64,000 bases of DNA from Bacteroidota bacterium (lineage in GTDB: Bacteria > Bacteroidota > Bacteroidia > 2-12-FULL-35-15), in contig CANNHN010000001.1 in NCBI GenBank assembly GCA_947504725.1, positions 521,425 to 585,424 of the forward strand, written 5' to 3'. Positions 9,459-18,497 of this stretch are shown in pieces (position 1 is the stretch's first letter; the number at the start of each line of letters is the position of its first letter). The notes under the pieces are model-generated. The model was not told the origin of the DNA. It saw only the letters and a program-made list of their open reading frames with translations, and made no database searches. A program made the position numbers and the translations under genes.

Positions 9459-10076
9459 GTGCTAGTTCTGATGCTTACCACTTTCGCATTCGCACAAGTC
9501 CCTGCAGGTTACAAACCTGTTAAAGACACAACCGCTTTCAAACAAAAAATGGAAGCACAATCAAAACTGGTTTCCACATTGGAAAGCGACTTTACTCAAG
9601 AGAAATATCTAAGTGTGATGTCGGAAAAAATCATTAGCAAAGGACATTTTCATTTCAAGAAAGTAAACATGTTGCGCTGGGAATACAACGACCCCTACAA
9701 ATATCTTATTGCAATAAATAAAGATAAAATGTATATCAAGGATAATGGGAAAGTGAGTAAATACGACATCAATTCCAATAAAATGTTCAAGAGCATTAAC
9801 GAAATGATGGTGAATACTGTTCAGGGAAACCTTTTGAATAACAAAGATTATAAAGCTAAATTTTACGAGAATGATAAATTTTATCTTTTAGAATTATCTC
9901 CTTTACAAAAAGGCGCAAAAGATTTTTTAAAAGTGATTCAACTCTATATTAACAAAGTAGACTATGCAGTTGACAAAGTAAAAATGATTGAACCGAGTGA
10001 TGATTATACCAGTATCGACTTTACCAATCGCAAAACCAACCAGCCGATAGCGGATGAAAAATTTATTATTAAGTAG
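9459..10076 (+). CDS. LolA-like outer-membrane lipoprotein carrier protein
   Basis: Signal peptide (V)LVLMLTTFAFAQ followed by DFTQEKYLSVMSEKIISKGHFHFKK, a LolA-like beta-barrel. The ORF-track start at 9351 would read through the hairpin, so a downstream start (GTG 9459 or ATG 9471) is more plausible. Confidence 0.6.
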   Translation: MLVLMLTTFAFAQVPAGYKPVKDTTAFKQKMEAQSKLVSTLESDFTQEKYLSVMSEKIISKGHFHFKKVNMLRWEYNDPYKYLIAINKDKMYIKDNGKVSKYDINSNKMFKSINEMMVNTVQGNLLNNKDYKAKFYENDKFYLLELSPLQKGAKDFLKVIQLYINKVDYAVDKVKMIEPSDDYTSIDFTNRKTNQPIADEKFIIK

Positions 10077-10683
10077 TTTCATTGCAATTCTTTTTAGCGC
10101 TTGTCATTTCGGTCATTACAGCCGCCTGACAAAAACTCCAACCGAATCAATTTCTTTAAAACCCATCTTCGGAGATAATTTCAACTCTTTCCTTTTCAAA
10201 ACAAACATAACAGTTTACGGAAAAGATTATAGTGGTTTGCTGGTGACTAAACAAATGTCGCCACAGGATTATCGTGTAATTTTTACAACTGAATTAGGAA
10301 TGAAATTGTTTGATTTTGAATTTAAGGATACAGCTTTCACACTTCATTATTGCGTCCCACAATTCAACAAACCAAAGTTGTTAAAAGTCATTCAAAAAGA
10401 TATTGAAACACTTTTGATGAACGACTTGAAAAAGAAAGCGTTCGAATACTTTAGCGATTCCAAAGTACTTTATTCAATACATAAGACGAAAAATGGAAAA
10501 CTAGACAACTACTATTTTATTGAAAAAAGCAGTGCTCATTTGGTAAAAATCGAGCATGCTAAAAAAAGAAGAAAAAAGACTACCTTTACCCTCTCAAATT
10601 ACCAAACCGATTTCCCTGGAAATATCCTGATTCAGCATCACGATATAAAATTGAAAATCGAATTGAATTTGCTTAAAAAATAA
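10054..10683 (+). CDS. hypothetical lipoprotein (cluster-associated)
   Basis: Signal peptide with lipobox LFSAC. No recognisable catalytic motif. Confidence 0.45.
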   Translation: MKNLLLSSFIAILFSACHFGHYSRLTKTPTESISLKPIFGDNFNSFLFKTNITVYGKDYSGLLVTKQMSPQDYRVIFTTELGMKLFDFEFKDTAFTLHYCVPQFNKPKLLKVIQKDIETLLMNDLKKKAFEYFSDSKVLYSIHKTKNGKLDNYYFIEKSSAHLVKIEHAKKRRKKTTFTLSNYQTDFPGNILIQHHDIKLKIELNLLKK

Positions 10684-10692
10684 CCTATTGCA

Positions 10693-11064
10693 ATGCTATT
10701 AAACGACTTCTTTAAAATAACAGATGTACAAAACGGTGAGAAATACATCGTTAGTATTGAGATGAACCCGAAGCACGATATTTACAACGGTCATTTCCCT
10801 GGAAACCCTATTACTCCAGGTGTTTGTTTAACCCAAATGGTAAAGGAAACCGTTGAGCACATTACTAAGAAAAAACTTCAGATGGTAAGAGGAGATAATT
10901 TGAAATTTACTGCCATTTTAAACCCAGAAGTCAATGGAAATGTAACCATGAGTTTGAGCATCAAAATCAAAGAGGATGGGCTTTTCCAAGCAGATAGTAT
11001 TATTTCTGCAGAGTCTACAAATTTCTTCACCTTCAAAGGTCATTTCAAGGAAATTAAAACTTAA
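10693..11064 (+). CDS. 3-hydroxyacyl-ACP dehydratase, FabZ/FabA-like hotdog
   Basis: Canonical HFPGNPITPGV motif. 123 aa. Confidence 0.8.
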   Translation: MLLNDFFKITDVQNGEKYIVSIEMNPKHDIYNGHFPGNPITPGVCLTQMVKETVEHITKKKLQMVRGDNLKFTAILNPEVNGNVTMSLSIKIKEDGLFQADSIISAESTNFFTFKGHFKEIKT

Positions 11065-11125
11065 AATCAGACCTTTTTCCCTATTAAAGAATCAATAAAA
11101 ATGCTATTTTTGTAGCTAAGAAACT

Positions 11126-11149
11126 TGCCTCTTTTGAGGCATTTTTTTT
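11126..11149 (+). terminator. weak intrinsic terminator candidate
   Basis: t-gcctc tttt gaggc-a hairpin (6-bp stem) followed by tttttttt. Confidence 0.3.
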
Positions 11150-11170
11150 GTTTAAAACCCTTTACGAATT

Positions 11171-12415
11171 ATGCCGGTTATTGTTGATTACGAGTTATAT
11201 AGGAAAAAGATAGATGCACTTCATTGTTGTGTAATCATTCCTACTTATAACAATCAACAAACCATTGTTCAGGTAATTACCGATATCCTTCAATTCACCA
11301 ACAATATTATTGTCGTAAATGACGGAGCTACAGATTCTACTCCCGAACTACTAAAAACATTTACAACTATTCAAATCATTTCCTATTCACCTAACAGAGG
11401 AAAAGGAATTGCACTGCGCAAAGGAATCAAAGCGGCACAAGAAATAGGGTATCGTTATGCGATAACCATTGACAGTGACGGACAACATTTTGCAGACGAC
11501 ATTCCAGTATTTATTGACAAAATAGAAGATGTACCCGATTCACTTTTAATTGGTGCAAGAAATTTGAACCAGGAGAACATGCCGAAAAAGAATACATTCG
11601 GAAATAAGTTTTCTAATTTTTGGTTCATGCTTTTTACAGGAATCAATTTACCTGATACACAATCAGGATATCGCCTCTACCCTATTCAGAAGATGAAAGG
11701 CGCTCGATACTTTACTTCTAAATATGAATTTGAAATTGAAGTGAGCGTAAAAGCAGCTTGGCGAGGCATCTCTGTTTTGCCTGTACCCATAAAAGTATTT
11801 TATGCGGAAGGCGAAAAACGCATCAGTCATTTTCGTCCAGGAAAAGATTTTACTCGCATCAGCTTACTCAACACCTATTTGTTTTTCCCTGCAATGCTTT
11901 GGCACAAACCAATTCGAATCGTCAAACATTTGAGCATCTCCAACATCAAAGCAGTTATTAAAAAATATTTTATCGATACAAATGAATCGCCAATGCGCAA
12001 ATCGTTAGGCGTTGCATTTGGAGTTTTCATGGGAATTATTCCAATTTGGGGATTTCAATTTGTTGCAGCATTGGTTCTTGCGCATTTCATGAAACTCAAT
12101 AAAGCAATTGTTGGATTGGCTGCTCAAATAAGTGTTCCTCCAATGATTCCGCTATTGTTATTTGGCAGTTTGAGAACAGGACAATTGCTGCTGGGAAGAG
12201 ACATGAGCGAAACCATTGAAACCGACCAATTAACGCTAGAAACAACGAAACAATTGTTGCGAGAATATTTATTCAGCGGAAAAGTATTGCAACATTTATA
12301 TGAATACTTATTAGGAAGCATGGTGTTCGCAGTAATAATGGCAGTGGCGTTTGGATTGATCACTTATGTTTTATTAAAGCTATTTGGCAAAAAGGCTGCA
12401 CAACCTACTAATTAA
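11171..12415 (+). CDS. family 2 glycosyltransferase fused to DUF2062-like membrane domain
   Basis: GT2 motifs CCVIIPTYNN...VVNDGATDST and the DSDGQH (DxD region). The C-terminal 130 aa are hydrophobic (DUF2062-like). Confidence 0.7.
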   Translation: MPVIVDYELYRKKIDALHCCVIIPTYNNQQTIVQVITDILQFTNNIIVVNDGATDSTPELLKTFTTIQIISYSPNRGKGIALRKGIKAAQEIGYRYAITIDSDGQHFADDIPVFIDKIEDVPDSLLIGARNLNQENMPKKNTFGNKFSNFWFMLFTGINLPDTQSGYRLYPIQKMKGARYFTSKYEFEIEVSVKAAWRGISVLPVPIKVFYAEGEKRISHFRPGKDFTRISLLNTYLFFPAMLWHKPIRIVKHLSISNIKAVIKKYFIDTNESPMRKSLGVAFGVFMGIIPIWGFQFVAALVLAHFMKLNKAIVGLAAQISVPPMIPLLLFGSLRTGQLLLGRDMSETIETDQLTLETTKQLLREYLFSGKVLQHLYEYLLGSMVFAVIMAVAFGLITYVLLKLFGKKAAQPTN

Positions 12416-12417
12416 AA

Positions 12418-15400
12418 ATGAGCTTAATATTTACATCTATCTATCGCTTACTTAAAAGAAGAAGAATTCTTTTCTTCATGCTATTTATAGGCGCTTTAGG
12501 ATTTGTAGGGTTCTTTGCAGCACAAATTAAATTGGAAGAAGACATCACCAAAATGATGCCGACCGATGCAAAGATTGAACGATTAAACACCATTTTCAAA
12601 AATTCAAAGTTTCTTGATAGATTAGTGGTAACAGTCTCCATGACTGATTCAACTAAAGAAGCCGACCCCGACAAACTAGTAGCGTTTACAGATAGCTTAA
12701 TCGCATCCTTACAAAAAATCGATTCATCACTTGTAAAAGAGATTACCTACAAAGTGAACGATGATGTGATGTACGATGTTTACAACACTTTTATTGATAA
12801 TCTTCCGATCTTTTTAGAAGAGAATGATTACAAAACATTGGATCATCTCATTACTTCCGAAAGACTTGATACAACATTAGAAAAGAATTACAAAACCTTG
12901 CTTTCACCAGCAAGTATGATTCTAAAAAAGAACATTCTCCGCGATCCGATAGGAATTACACCATATGCATTGAAGCGAATGCAGAGTTTGCAGTTTGACG
13001 ACAACTTCGAATTAGAGAATGGTTACATTTTTACAAAAGACAAAAAACATTTATTATTTTTCATCACTCCTACTCCCTCTTCTTCCGAAACAGCAAAAAA
13101 TGCTGAACTTTTAGATAAAGTAACAAACAGTATTACAACAACTTCTTCTCAAAACAAAGAAGTGACTGCTGAATACTTTGGTGGTATTGCCGTGGCAGTT
13201 GGCAATGCAAAACAAATAAAAAGCGATGTAATTCTTACACTCTCCATCACCGTTATCGGATTGTTTTTGTTTATCAGTTTATTTTTCAGACGTATTGAAG
13301 TATTCTTTGTAATTTTTATTCCAGTGATTTTCGGAGGAGCATTTTCATTGGCGATGTTGTATTTATTCAAAGGAGAAATTTCCGCCATTGCATTAGGTGC
13401 AGGTTCTATCATTTTGGGAATCGCAATGGATTACACCATACACTTTTATACACATTTCAAACATTTAAATGATGCTGAAGCAACCGTAAAAGATCTTTCT
13501 TTTCCGCTAACACTAGGAAGCACAACGACCATAGGTGCACTATTAAGTTTATACTTCGTTAAATCGGAAGCTTTGCAAGATTTTGGAATGTTTGCTGCTT
13601 TTAGTTTGATGGGTGCTGCCTTGTTTACACTTATTCTGTTCCCGCATTTAATGCGAAAGAAAAAGAATTTTGTTTCAAATGAAAATCGCAAACCAAATAT
13701 CATTGAAAGAATTGCAGCTTATAAATTTGAGAAGAATAAATATTTGATTTGGTTCATTATTCTTGTTTCTGCAGTTTCTATCTACACTTCTCAGCTCGTT
13801 AGTTTCGAAGGCGACATGATGGCTTTTAACTTCATGGAACCTGAACTGGCAAAAGCGGAGCAGAATTTAAATTCCATCAGCAATGTTTCCTTACGGAGCG
13901 TTTATTTAGTTTCAAGCGGTAAAAATTTAGATGAAGCAATAGCAAACAGTGAAAAGAATATTCCGCTTTTAAATCAATTAGAGAAAGAGAATGTTCTAAA
14001 AAAATATTCGACCATCTCGACAATTTTGCTTTCTAAACAAGAGCAAGAGAAACGCATCAAGCGCTGGAAAAACTATTGGACGAATGAAAAGAAAGAAAAA
14101 TTAAAAGCAGAATTAATCACTAAAAGTGCAACGTACAAATTTAAAGAAGACGCCTTTATTAAGTTTTACGAAATGCTCGACAAAGATTTTGCTACCATTG
14201 ATGCAAGTGCATTCAGCGGATTAAAATCGAGTATGCTCGACAATTACATTACTGAGAAGCCAGATGAAACAACAGTTGTTACCATTATTAAAACAACTGC
14301 CGAGAATGAAGATCAGGTTGTAAATGCATTCAAAGAAGATGAACATTTAGTTGTTTTTGACAAGAAGTTTCTAACGAATCGTTTTATTGAAATCATTAAG
14401 AACAATTTCAATTTAATTCTTACCATCTCCTCTTTGCTGGTATTTTTTATGTTGCTTGCCTCTTACGGAAGATTTGAGTTAGCAATCATCACTTTCTTAC
14501 CGATGGTGCTGAGCTGGCTTTGTATTCTTGGAATAATGGGAGTTTTTGGAATAAAATTCAACATCATCAACATTATTATTTCAACTTTCATTTTTGGTTT
14601 GGGTGATGATTATGCCATTTTTATAACGGATGCGTTGATGAATGAATACAAAACCGGACAAAAGAATTTAACATCATATAAAACCGGAATATTTATTTCT
14701 GCCATTACGACCATGATTGGAATTGGGGTTTTGATTTTTGCATCGCACCCGGCACTAAAATCAATTGGTTTAATAACCATCATCGGAATGTTTTCAGTAT
14801 TAATTATTTCAAATACCATTCAACCTGCTCTATTTAAATTTTTGATCACTAATCGTACTGATCAACAACGAGTCCCATTCACGTTGTTAAGTTTATTGCA
14901 ATCCGTTTTTGCGTTTGCATGGTTTACTATCGGTTGTTTTTTTATATTGATACCATTAGGCTTCATTATTGTAAAGTTTTTACCACTTCCGAAAAAAGTG
15001 AGATTAAAAATATTCCATAATATTCGCTATGCTTGTGCTAAATCAATGATATATGTAAACGTTCATGTTCGTAAACGTATCATCAACGATTTAAACGAAA
15101 AGCTGAACAAACCAGCAATTGTTATATCGAATCATCATTCAGTAATTGATTCGTTATTGATGCAATCACTCAATCCGAAATTAATTTTAATGGTAAATGA
15201 TTGGGTTTGGGATTCTCCATTCATGGGGCCGATTGTACGACTAGGTGGCTTTATTCCCAAAGCAGCGGGTTATGAAGAGAACTTAGATAAAATCAGAGCA
15301 CTTATTGATGATGGTTATTCTTTAGGAATATTTCCAGAAGGCTCCCGCTCCGAAACAGTAAAAATGGGCCGCTTCCACAAAGGTGCTTTTTATATTGCAG

Positions 15401-16266
15401 AAAAATTAAACTTAGATATTGTCCCGATTGTATTTCATGGAAATGCATTTGTTCAAGGTAAAGATGATAGCTTCTTATTAAAACCAGGAACAGTAACTGT
15501 AAAATATTTACCTCGTATTGACGCGAATGACAAATCATACGGTGAAGCATACAACGAAAGAACAAAAAGTATTAGTAAATATTTTAAAGGCGAATATTCT
15601 AAAATCAGAACAGAAACTGAAACGGTTGATTATTTCTATAATCGCTTGAGCAAAAATTATATTTACAAAGGTCCGATTGTAGAATGGTACATGCGTGTGA
15701 AAGTAAAAATGGAAGGAAACTATAAATTGTTCGAATCCTTATTACCGAAAAAAGGAACTATAACAGATATTGGTTGCGGTTATGGGTTTTTACCATACAT
15801 GTTGGCGTATATGAGTGAAGATCGTATTGTGATTGGAAAAGATTATGATGAAGCTAAAATTGCCGTTGCTGATAATTGTTTTGCTAAGACTAAAAATATT
15901 TCCTTTTTTGCAGCGGATGCAACGGAATGTGAATTACCAAAAAGTGATGCTTTTGTTTTGAGCGATATCTTACATTACTTACCAATGCAAGCTCAAGAGA
16001 AATTGCTTATCAAATGTATGGACAGCTTAAACCTGGGTGGAATGATTTTATTACGTGATGCAGATGCTAGTCTAAAAGGAAGACATTGGGGCACGCGATA
16101 CACCGAGTTTGTATCTACAAATGTTGGATTCAACAAGACTAAGAATAAATTAGAATTTGTATCTTCATCTTTTATATTGGAAGTTGTGAGAAAACATGGT
16201 TTCAATTTTGAAAAAATTGACAATACAAAACTCACATCAAACATAACCTATATCATTAAAAAGTAA
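12418..16266 (+). CDS. tri-domain fusion: MMPL/RND-type exporter (aa 1-830), lysophospholipid acyltransferase (PlsC-like), SAM-dependent methyltransferase
   Basis: Two 6-TM bundles separated by large soluble domains (MMPL-like predicted exporter). Acyltransferase motifs VISNHHSVID (HX4D) and FPEGSRS. Methyltransferase motif I DIGCGYGF near the C-terminus. It is one uninterrupted 1282-aa frame. Confidence 0.7.
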   Translation: MSLIFTSIYRLLKRRRILFFMLFIGALGFVGFFAAQIKLEEDITKMMPTDAKIERLNTIFKNSKFLDRLVVTVSMTDSTKEADPDKLVAFTDSLIASLQKIDSSLVKEITYKVNDDVMYDVYNTFIDNLPIFLEENDYKTLDHLITSERLDTTLEKNYKTLLSPASMILKKNILRDPIGITPYALKRMQSLQFDDNFELENGYIFTKDKKHLLFFITPTPSSSETAKNAELLDKVTNSITTTSSQNKEVTAEYFGGIAVAVGNAKQIKSDVILTLSITVIGLFLFISLFFRRIEVFFVIFIPVIFGGAFSLAMLYLFKGEISAIALGAGSIILGIAMDYTIHFYTHFKHLNDAEATVKDLSFPLTLGSTTTIGALLSLYFVKSEALQDFGMFAAFSLMGAALFTLILFPHLMRKKKNFVSNENRKPNIIERIAAYKFEKNKYLIWFIILVSAVSIYTSQLVSFEGDMMAFNFMEPELAKAEQNLNSISNVSLRSVYLVSSGKNLDEAIANSEKNIPLLNQLEKENVLKKYSTISTILLSKQEQEKRIKRWKNYWTNEKKEKLKAELITKSATYKFKEDAFIKFYEMLDKDFATIDASAFSGLKSSMLDNYITEKPDETTVVTIIKTTAENEDQVVNAFKEDEHLVVFDKKFLTNRFIEIIKNNFNLILTISSLLVFFMLLASYGRFELAIITFLPMVLSWLCILGIMGVFGIKFNIINIIISTFIFGLGDDYAIFITDALMNEYKTGQKNLTSYKTGIFISAITTMIGIGVLIFASHPALKSIGLITIIGMFSVLIISNTIQPALFKFLITNRTDQQRVPFTLLSLLQSVFAFAWFTIGCFFILIPLGFIIVKFLPLPKKVRLKIFHNIRYACAKSMIYVNVHVRKRIINDLNEKLNKPAIVISNHHSVIDSLLMQSLNPKLILMVNDWVWDSPFMGPIVRLGGFIPKAAGYEENLDKIRALIDDGYSLGIFPEGSRSETVKMGRFHKGAFYIAEKLNLDIVPIVFHGNAFVQGKDDSFLLKPGTVTVKYLPRIDANDKSYGEAYNERTKSISKYFKGEYSKIRTETETVDYFYNRLSKNYIYKGPIVEWYMRVKVKMEGNYKLFESLLPKKGTITDIGCGYGFLPYMLAYMSEDRIVIGKDYDEAKIAVADNCFAKTKNISFFAADATECELPKSDAFVLSDILHYLPMQAQEKLLIKCMDSLNLGGMILLRDADASLKGRHWGTRYTEFVSTNVGFNKTKNKLEFVSSSFILEVVRKHGFNFEKIDNTKLTSNITYIIKK

Positions 16267-16274
16267 CGTTTATT

Positions 16275-17789
16275 ATGTCACAGTATGATGTTGTAATTAT
16301 TGGCAGTGGATTGGGAGGATTGGAAAGCGCATTCATTCTTAGCAAAGAAGGATATAAAGTCTTGGTGCTTGAAAAGAATCGTCAACTTGGTGGTAGCTTG
16401 CAAATATTTGTGCGCGAAAAAGCAATCTTCGACACAGGCATTCACTATATCGGTGGCCTAAACGATGGTCAAAACTTAAATCAAAGCTTTAAATATTTCG
16501 ACATCATGGACAAGCTCCATTTGCATAAAATGGACATGGATGGTTTTGATAAAATTAGTTTTGATGGAGATCCAATCGAATATAAGCATGCTCAAGGATA
16601 TGATAATTTTGTGGAGCAGCTTTCAATCCAATTCCCAAAAGAAAGAGAAGCATTAAAAAATTATGTTAAACAGATTAAAGAAGTTTGCGATTATTTTCCT
16701 TTGTACCAATTAAGAGTAGATGATGCACCAATTATTGGTACAAAATATTTAGATGTAAGTGCCAAAGATTTCATTGCTGGAATAACATCCGATTTAAAGC
16801 TCCAACAAGTTTTAGCGGGCTCAAATCCATTATATGCTGGTGACGACTCAAAGACCCCATTGTATGTTCATGCATTGGTTGTGAATACGTATATTGAAAG
16901 CTCCTATAAATGTGTGGATGGTGGTGCACAAATTGAACGCCTACTCACCAAAAACATAAAAGCAATGGGTGGTGAAATTCGTAACTATGCGGAGGTAACA
17001 AAGATTGTTGAAAAAGATGGTATAGTTACACATATTGAATTAAAAGATGGAGAACGAATTGAAGGGAAAAATTTTATTTCAAACATTCATCCTGCAACAA
17101 CAATGGGAATGCTCGAATCCACAAAAATTAAAAAAGCCTATAGCAATAGATTACTAAATTTGGAAAATTCTTCTTCAGCTTTCATTGTTGACATTGTTCT
17201 AAAACCAAACACTTTTGAATACCGAAATCACAACTACTACCACTACAAGAGAAATGATGTTTGGACAAGCATGTATAAAATTGGAAATGAATGGCCGGAC
17301 GGATATTGCATTTTCATACCGAAGTCTTCTCGATCTGATAAGTATGCAGACAGCATGACGGTTTTAGCGTATATGCAATATGATGAATTAAAAGAATGGC
17401 AAAACACATTTGCAACAATTCCAAAACATAGAGATAGTCGTGGCGAAGCGTATGAAGAATTTAAAATCAACAGAGCAGAACGCTTAATTAACGAAGCAGA
17501 GAAAAAAATCACAAATTTGCGAAGTGTAATACAATCATATACTGTTTCTACACCTTTAACCTATCGCGATTATATTGGCGCTCGTGATGGTGGTTTATAT
17601 GGAATAGCAAAAGATTATCATGATCCTATAAGAACGTTTATATCACCAACTACAAAAATTCCAAATCTGTTTTTTACCGGACAAAATTTAAATATGCATG
17701 GCGTGCTTGGTGTTACTGTTGGTGCAATTCGGACATGCGGTGTTTTTGTAGGACAAAACTATTTGCTTGACAAAATAAATAAAGCGTAA
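16275..17789 (+). CDS. NAD(P)/FAD-dependent oxidoreductase, phytoene-desaturase (CrtI)-like
   Basis: N-terminal Rossmann motif VVIIGSGLGGLESAFIL...LVLEKN. 504 aa, the size of amine-oxidase/CrtI family proteins. Confidence 0.65.
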   Translation: MSQYDVVIIGSGLGGLESAFILSKEGYKVLVLEKNRQLGGSLQIFVREKAIFDTGIHYIGGLNDGQNLNQSFKYFDIMDKLHLHKMDMDGFDKISFDGDPIEYKHAQGYDNFVEQLSIQFPKEREALKNYVKQIKEVCDYFPLYQLRVDDAPIIGTKYLDVSAKDFIAGITSDLKLQQVLAGSNPLYAGDDSKTPLYVHALVVNTYIESSYKCVDGGAQIERLLTKNIKAMGGEIRNYAEVTKIVEKDGIVTHIELKDGERIEGKNFISNIHPATTMGMLESTKIKKAYSNRLLNLENSSSAFIVDIVLKPNTFEYRNHNYYHYKRNDVWTSMYKIGNEWPDGYCIFIPKSSRSDKYADSMTVLAYMQYDELKEWQNTFATIPKHRDSRGEAYEEFKINRAERLINEAEKKITNLRSVIQSYTVSTPLTYRDYIGARDGGLYGIAKDYHDPIRTFISPTTKIPNLFFTGQNLNMHGVLGVTVGAIRTCGVFVGQNYLLDKINKA

Positions 17790-17803
17790 TAACATTCAAA
17801 TAC

Positions 17804-18340
17804 ATGAAACTACTTTTTATAAAATATTTAGCAGCTCTACTACCATTCTTTTTTGTTATGGATGCGCCTACTTTAAAAGTAAAATCTTCTGCAATCACTT
17901 TTAAAATAAAAAATGCAGGCTTAATGGTTGATGGTATTTTCACAGGCCTTGAAGCGGATATTAAATTCAATCAACTAAAACCGGAAGAGTCTAGTATAAA
18001 AGCAAGTGTCAATTCAAAAAGCGTAAACACAGGAAACAATATGCGGGATGAACATATTCGCAAAGCTGAATATTTTGATGTAGACAAGTTTCCAAAGATT
18101 ACGTTGCAATCCACAAAAATTGAAAAGACCGGTCCTATCACTTTTAAAGGAACTTTTAATTTAACAATGAAAGGTGTTACAAAAATTGTAGTTATTCCAT
18201 TTACGTTTATGAAAATACCTGAAAAAACCGAATTCAAAGGCAGTTTTCAGATAAACAGAAGGGATTATGGCATTGGAGGGAACAGCATTTCATTATCAGA
18301 CAATGCAACAATTAATATGAGCATACTCGTTTCCGAATAA
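17804..18340 (+). CDS. YceI family protein
   Basis: NTGNNMRDEHIRKAEYFDVDKFPKITLQS matches the YceI signature. Signal peptide present. Confidence 0.7.
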   Translation: MKLLFIKYLAALLPFFFVMDAPTLKVKSSAITFKIKNAGLMVDGIFTGLEADIKFNQLKPEESSIKASVNSKSVNTGNNMRDEHIRKAEYFDVDKFPKITLQSTKIEKTGPITFKGTFNLTMKGVTKIVVIPFTFMKIPEKTEFKGSFQINRRDYGIGGNSISLSDNATINMSILVSE

Positions 18341-18367
18341 ATTCAAAAAAATCTTCGATAAAAGTTT

Positions 18368-18375
18368 TACCTTTG
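18368..18375 (+). promoter_or_regulatory. Bacteroidota -7 box (TAccTTTG) positioned 7 nt upstream of the tRNA 5' end
   Basis: TAnnTTTG match at 18368-18375. The tRNA starts at 18382. Confidence 0.45.
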
Positions 18376-18381
18376 TTATAT

Positions 18382-18463
18382 ACTCGGGTGGCGAAACTGG
18401 CAGACGTGTACGCTTGAGGGGCGTATGTCGAAAGACGTGGGAGTTCGAATCTCCTCCCGAGTA
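18382..18463 (+). tRNA. tRNA-Leu (anticodon GAG), type II with long variable arm
   Basis: Hand-folded. Acceptor stem actcggg/cccgagt (A1-U72) and a D-arm closely matching E. coli tRNA-Leu. Anticodon stem tacgc/gcgta with loop ttGAGgg. Variable arm stem gtc-gaaa-gac. T-arm gggag-TTCGAAT-ctcct. Discriminator A, no encoded CCA. Confidence 0.8.
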
Positions 18464-18497
18464 CTTTTTACTTCCTGATAAAAATCAAAATAAAAGC

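Noticed and set aside
18414-18497. N-terminal extension of the CoA-transferase ORF (MRGVCRKTWEFESPPEYF...)
   Set aside because: It overlaps the tRNA-Leu gene. The conserved CoA-transferase N-terminus starts at MDSIF (18498).
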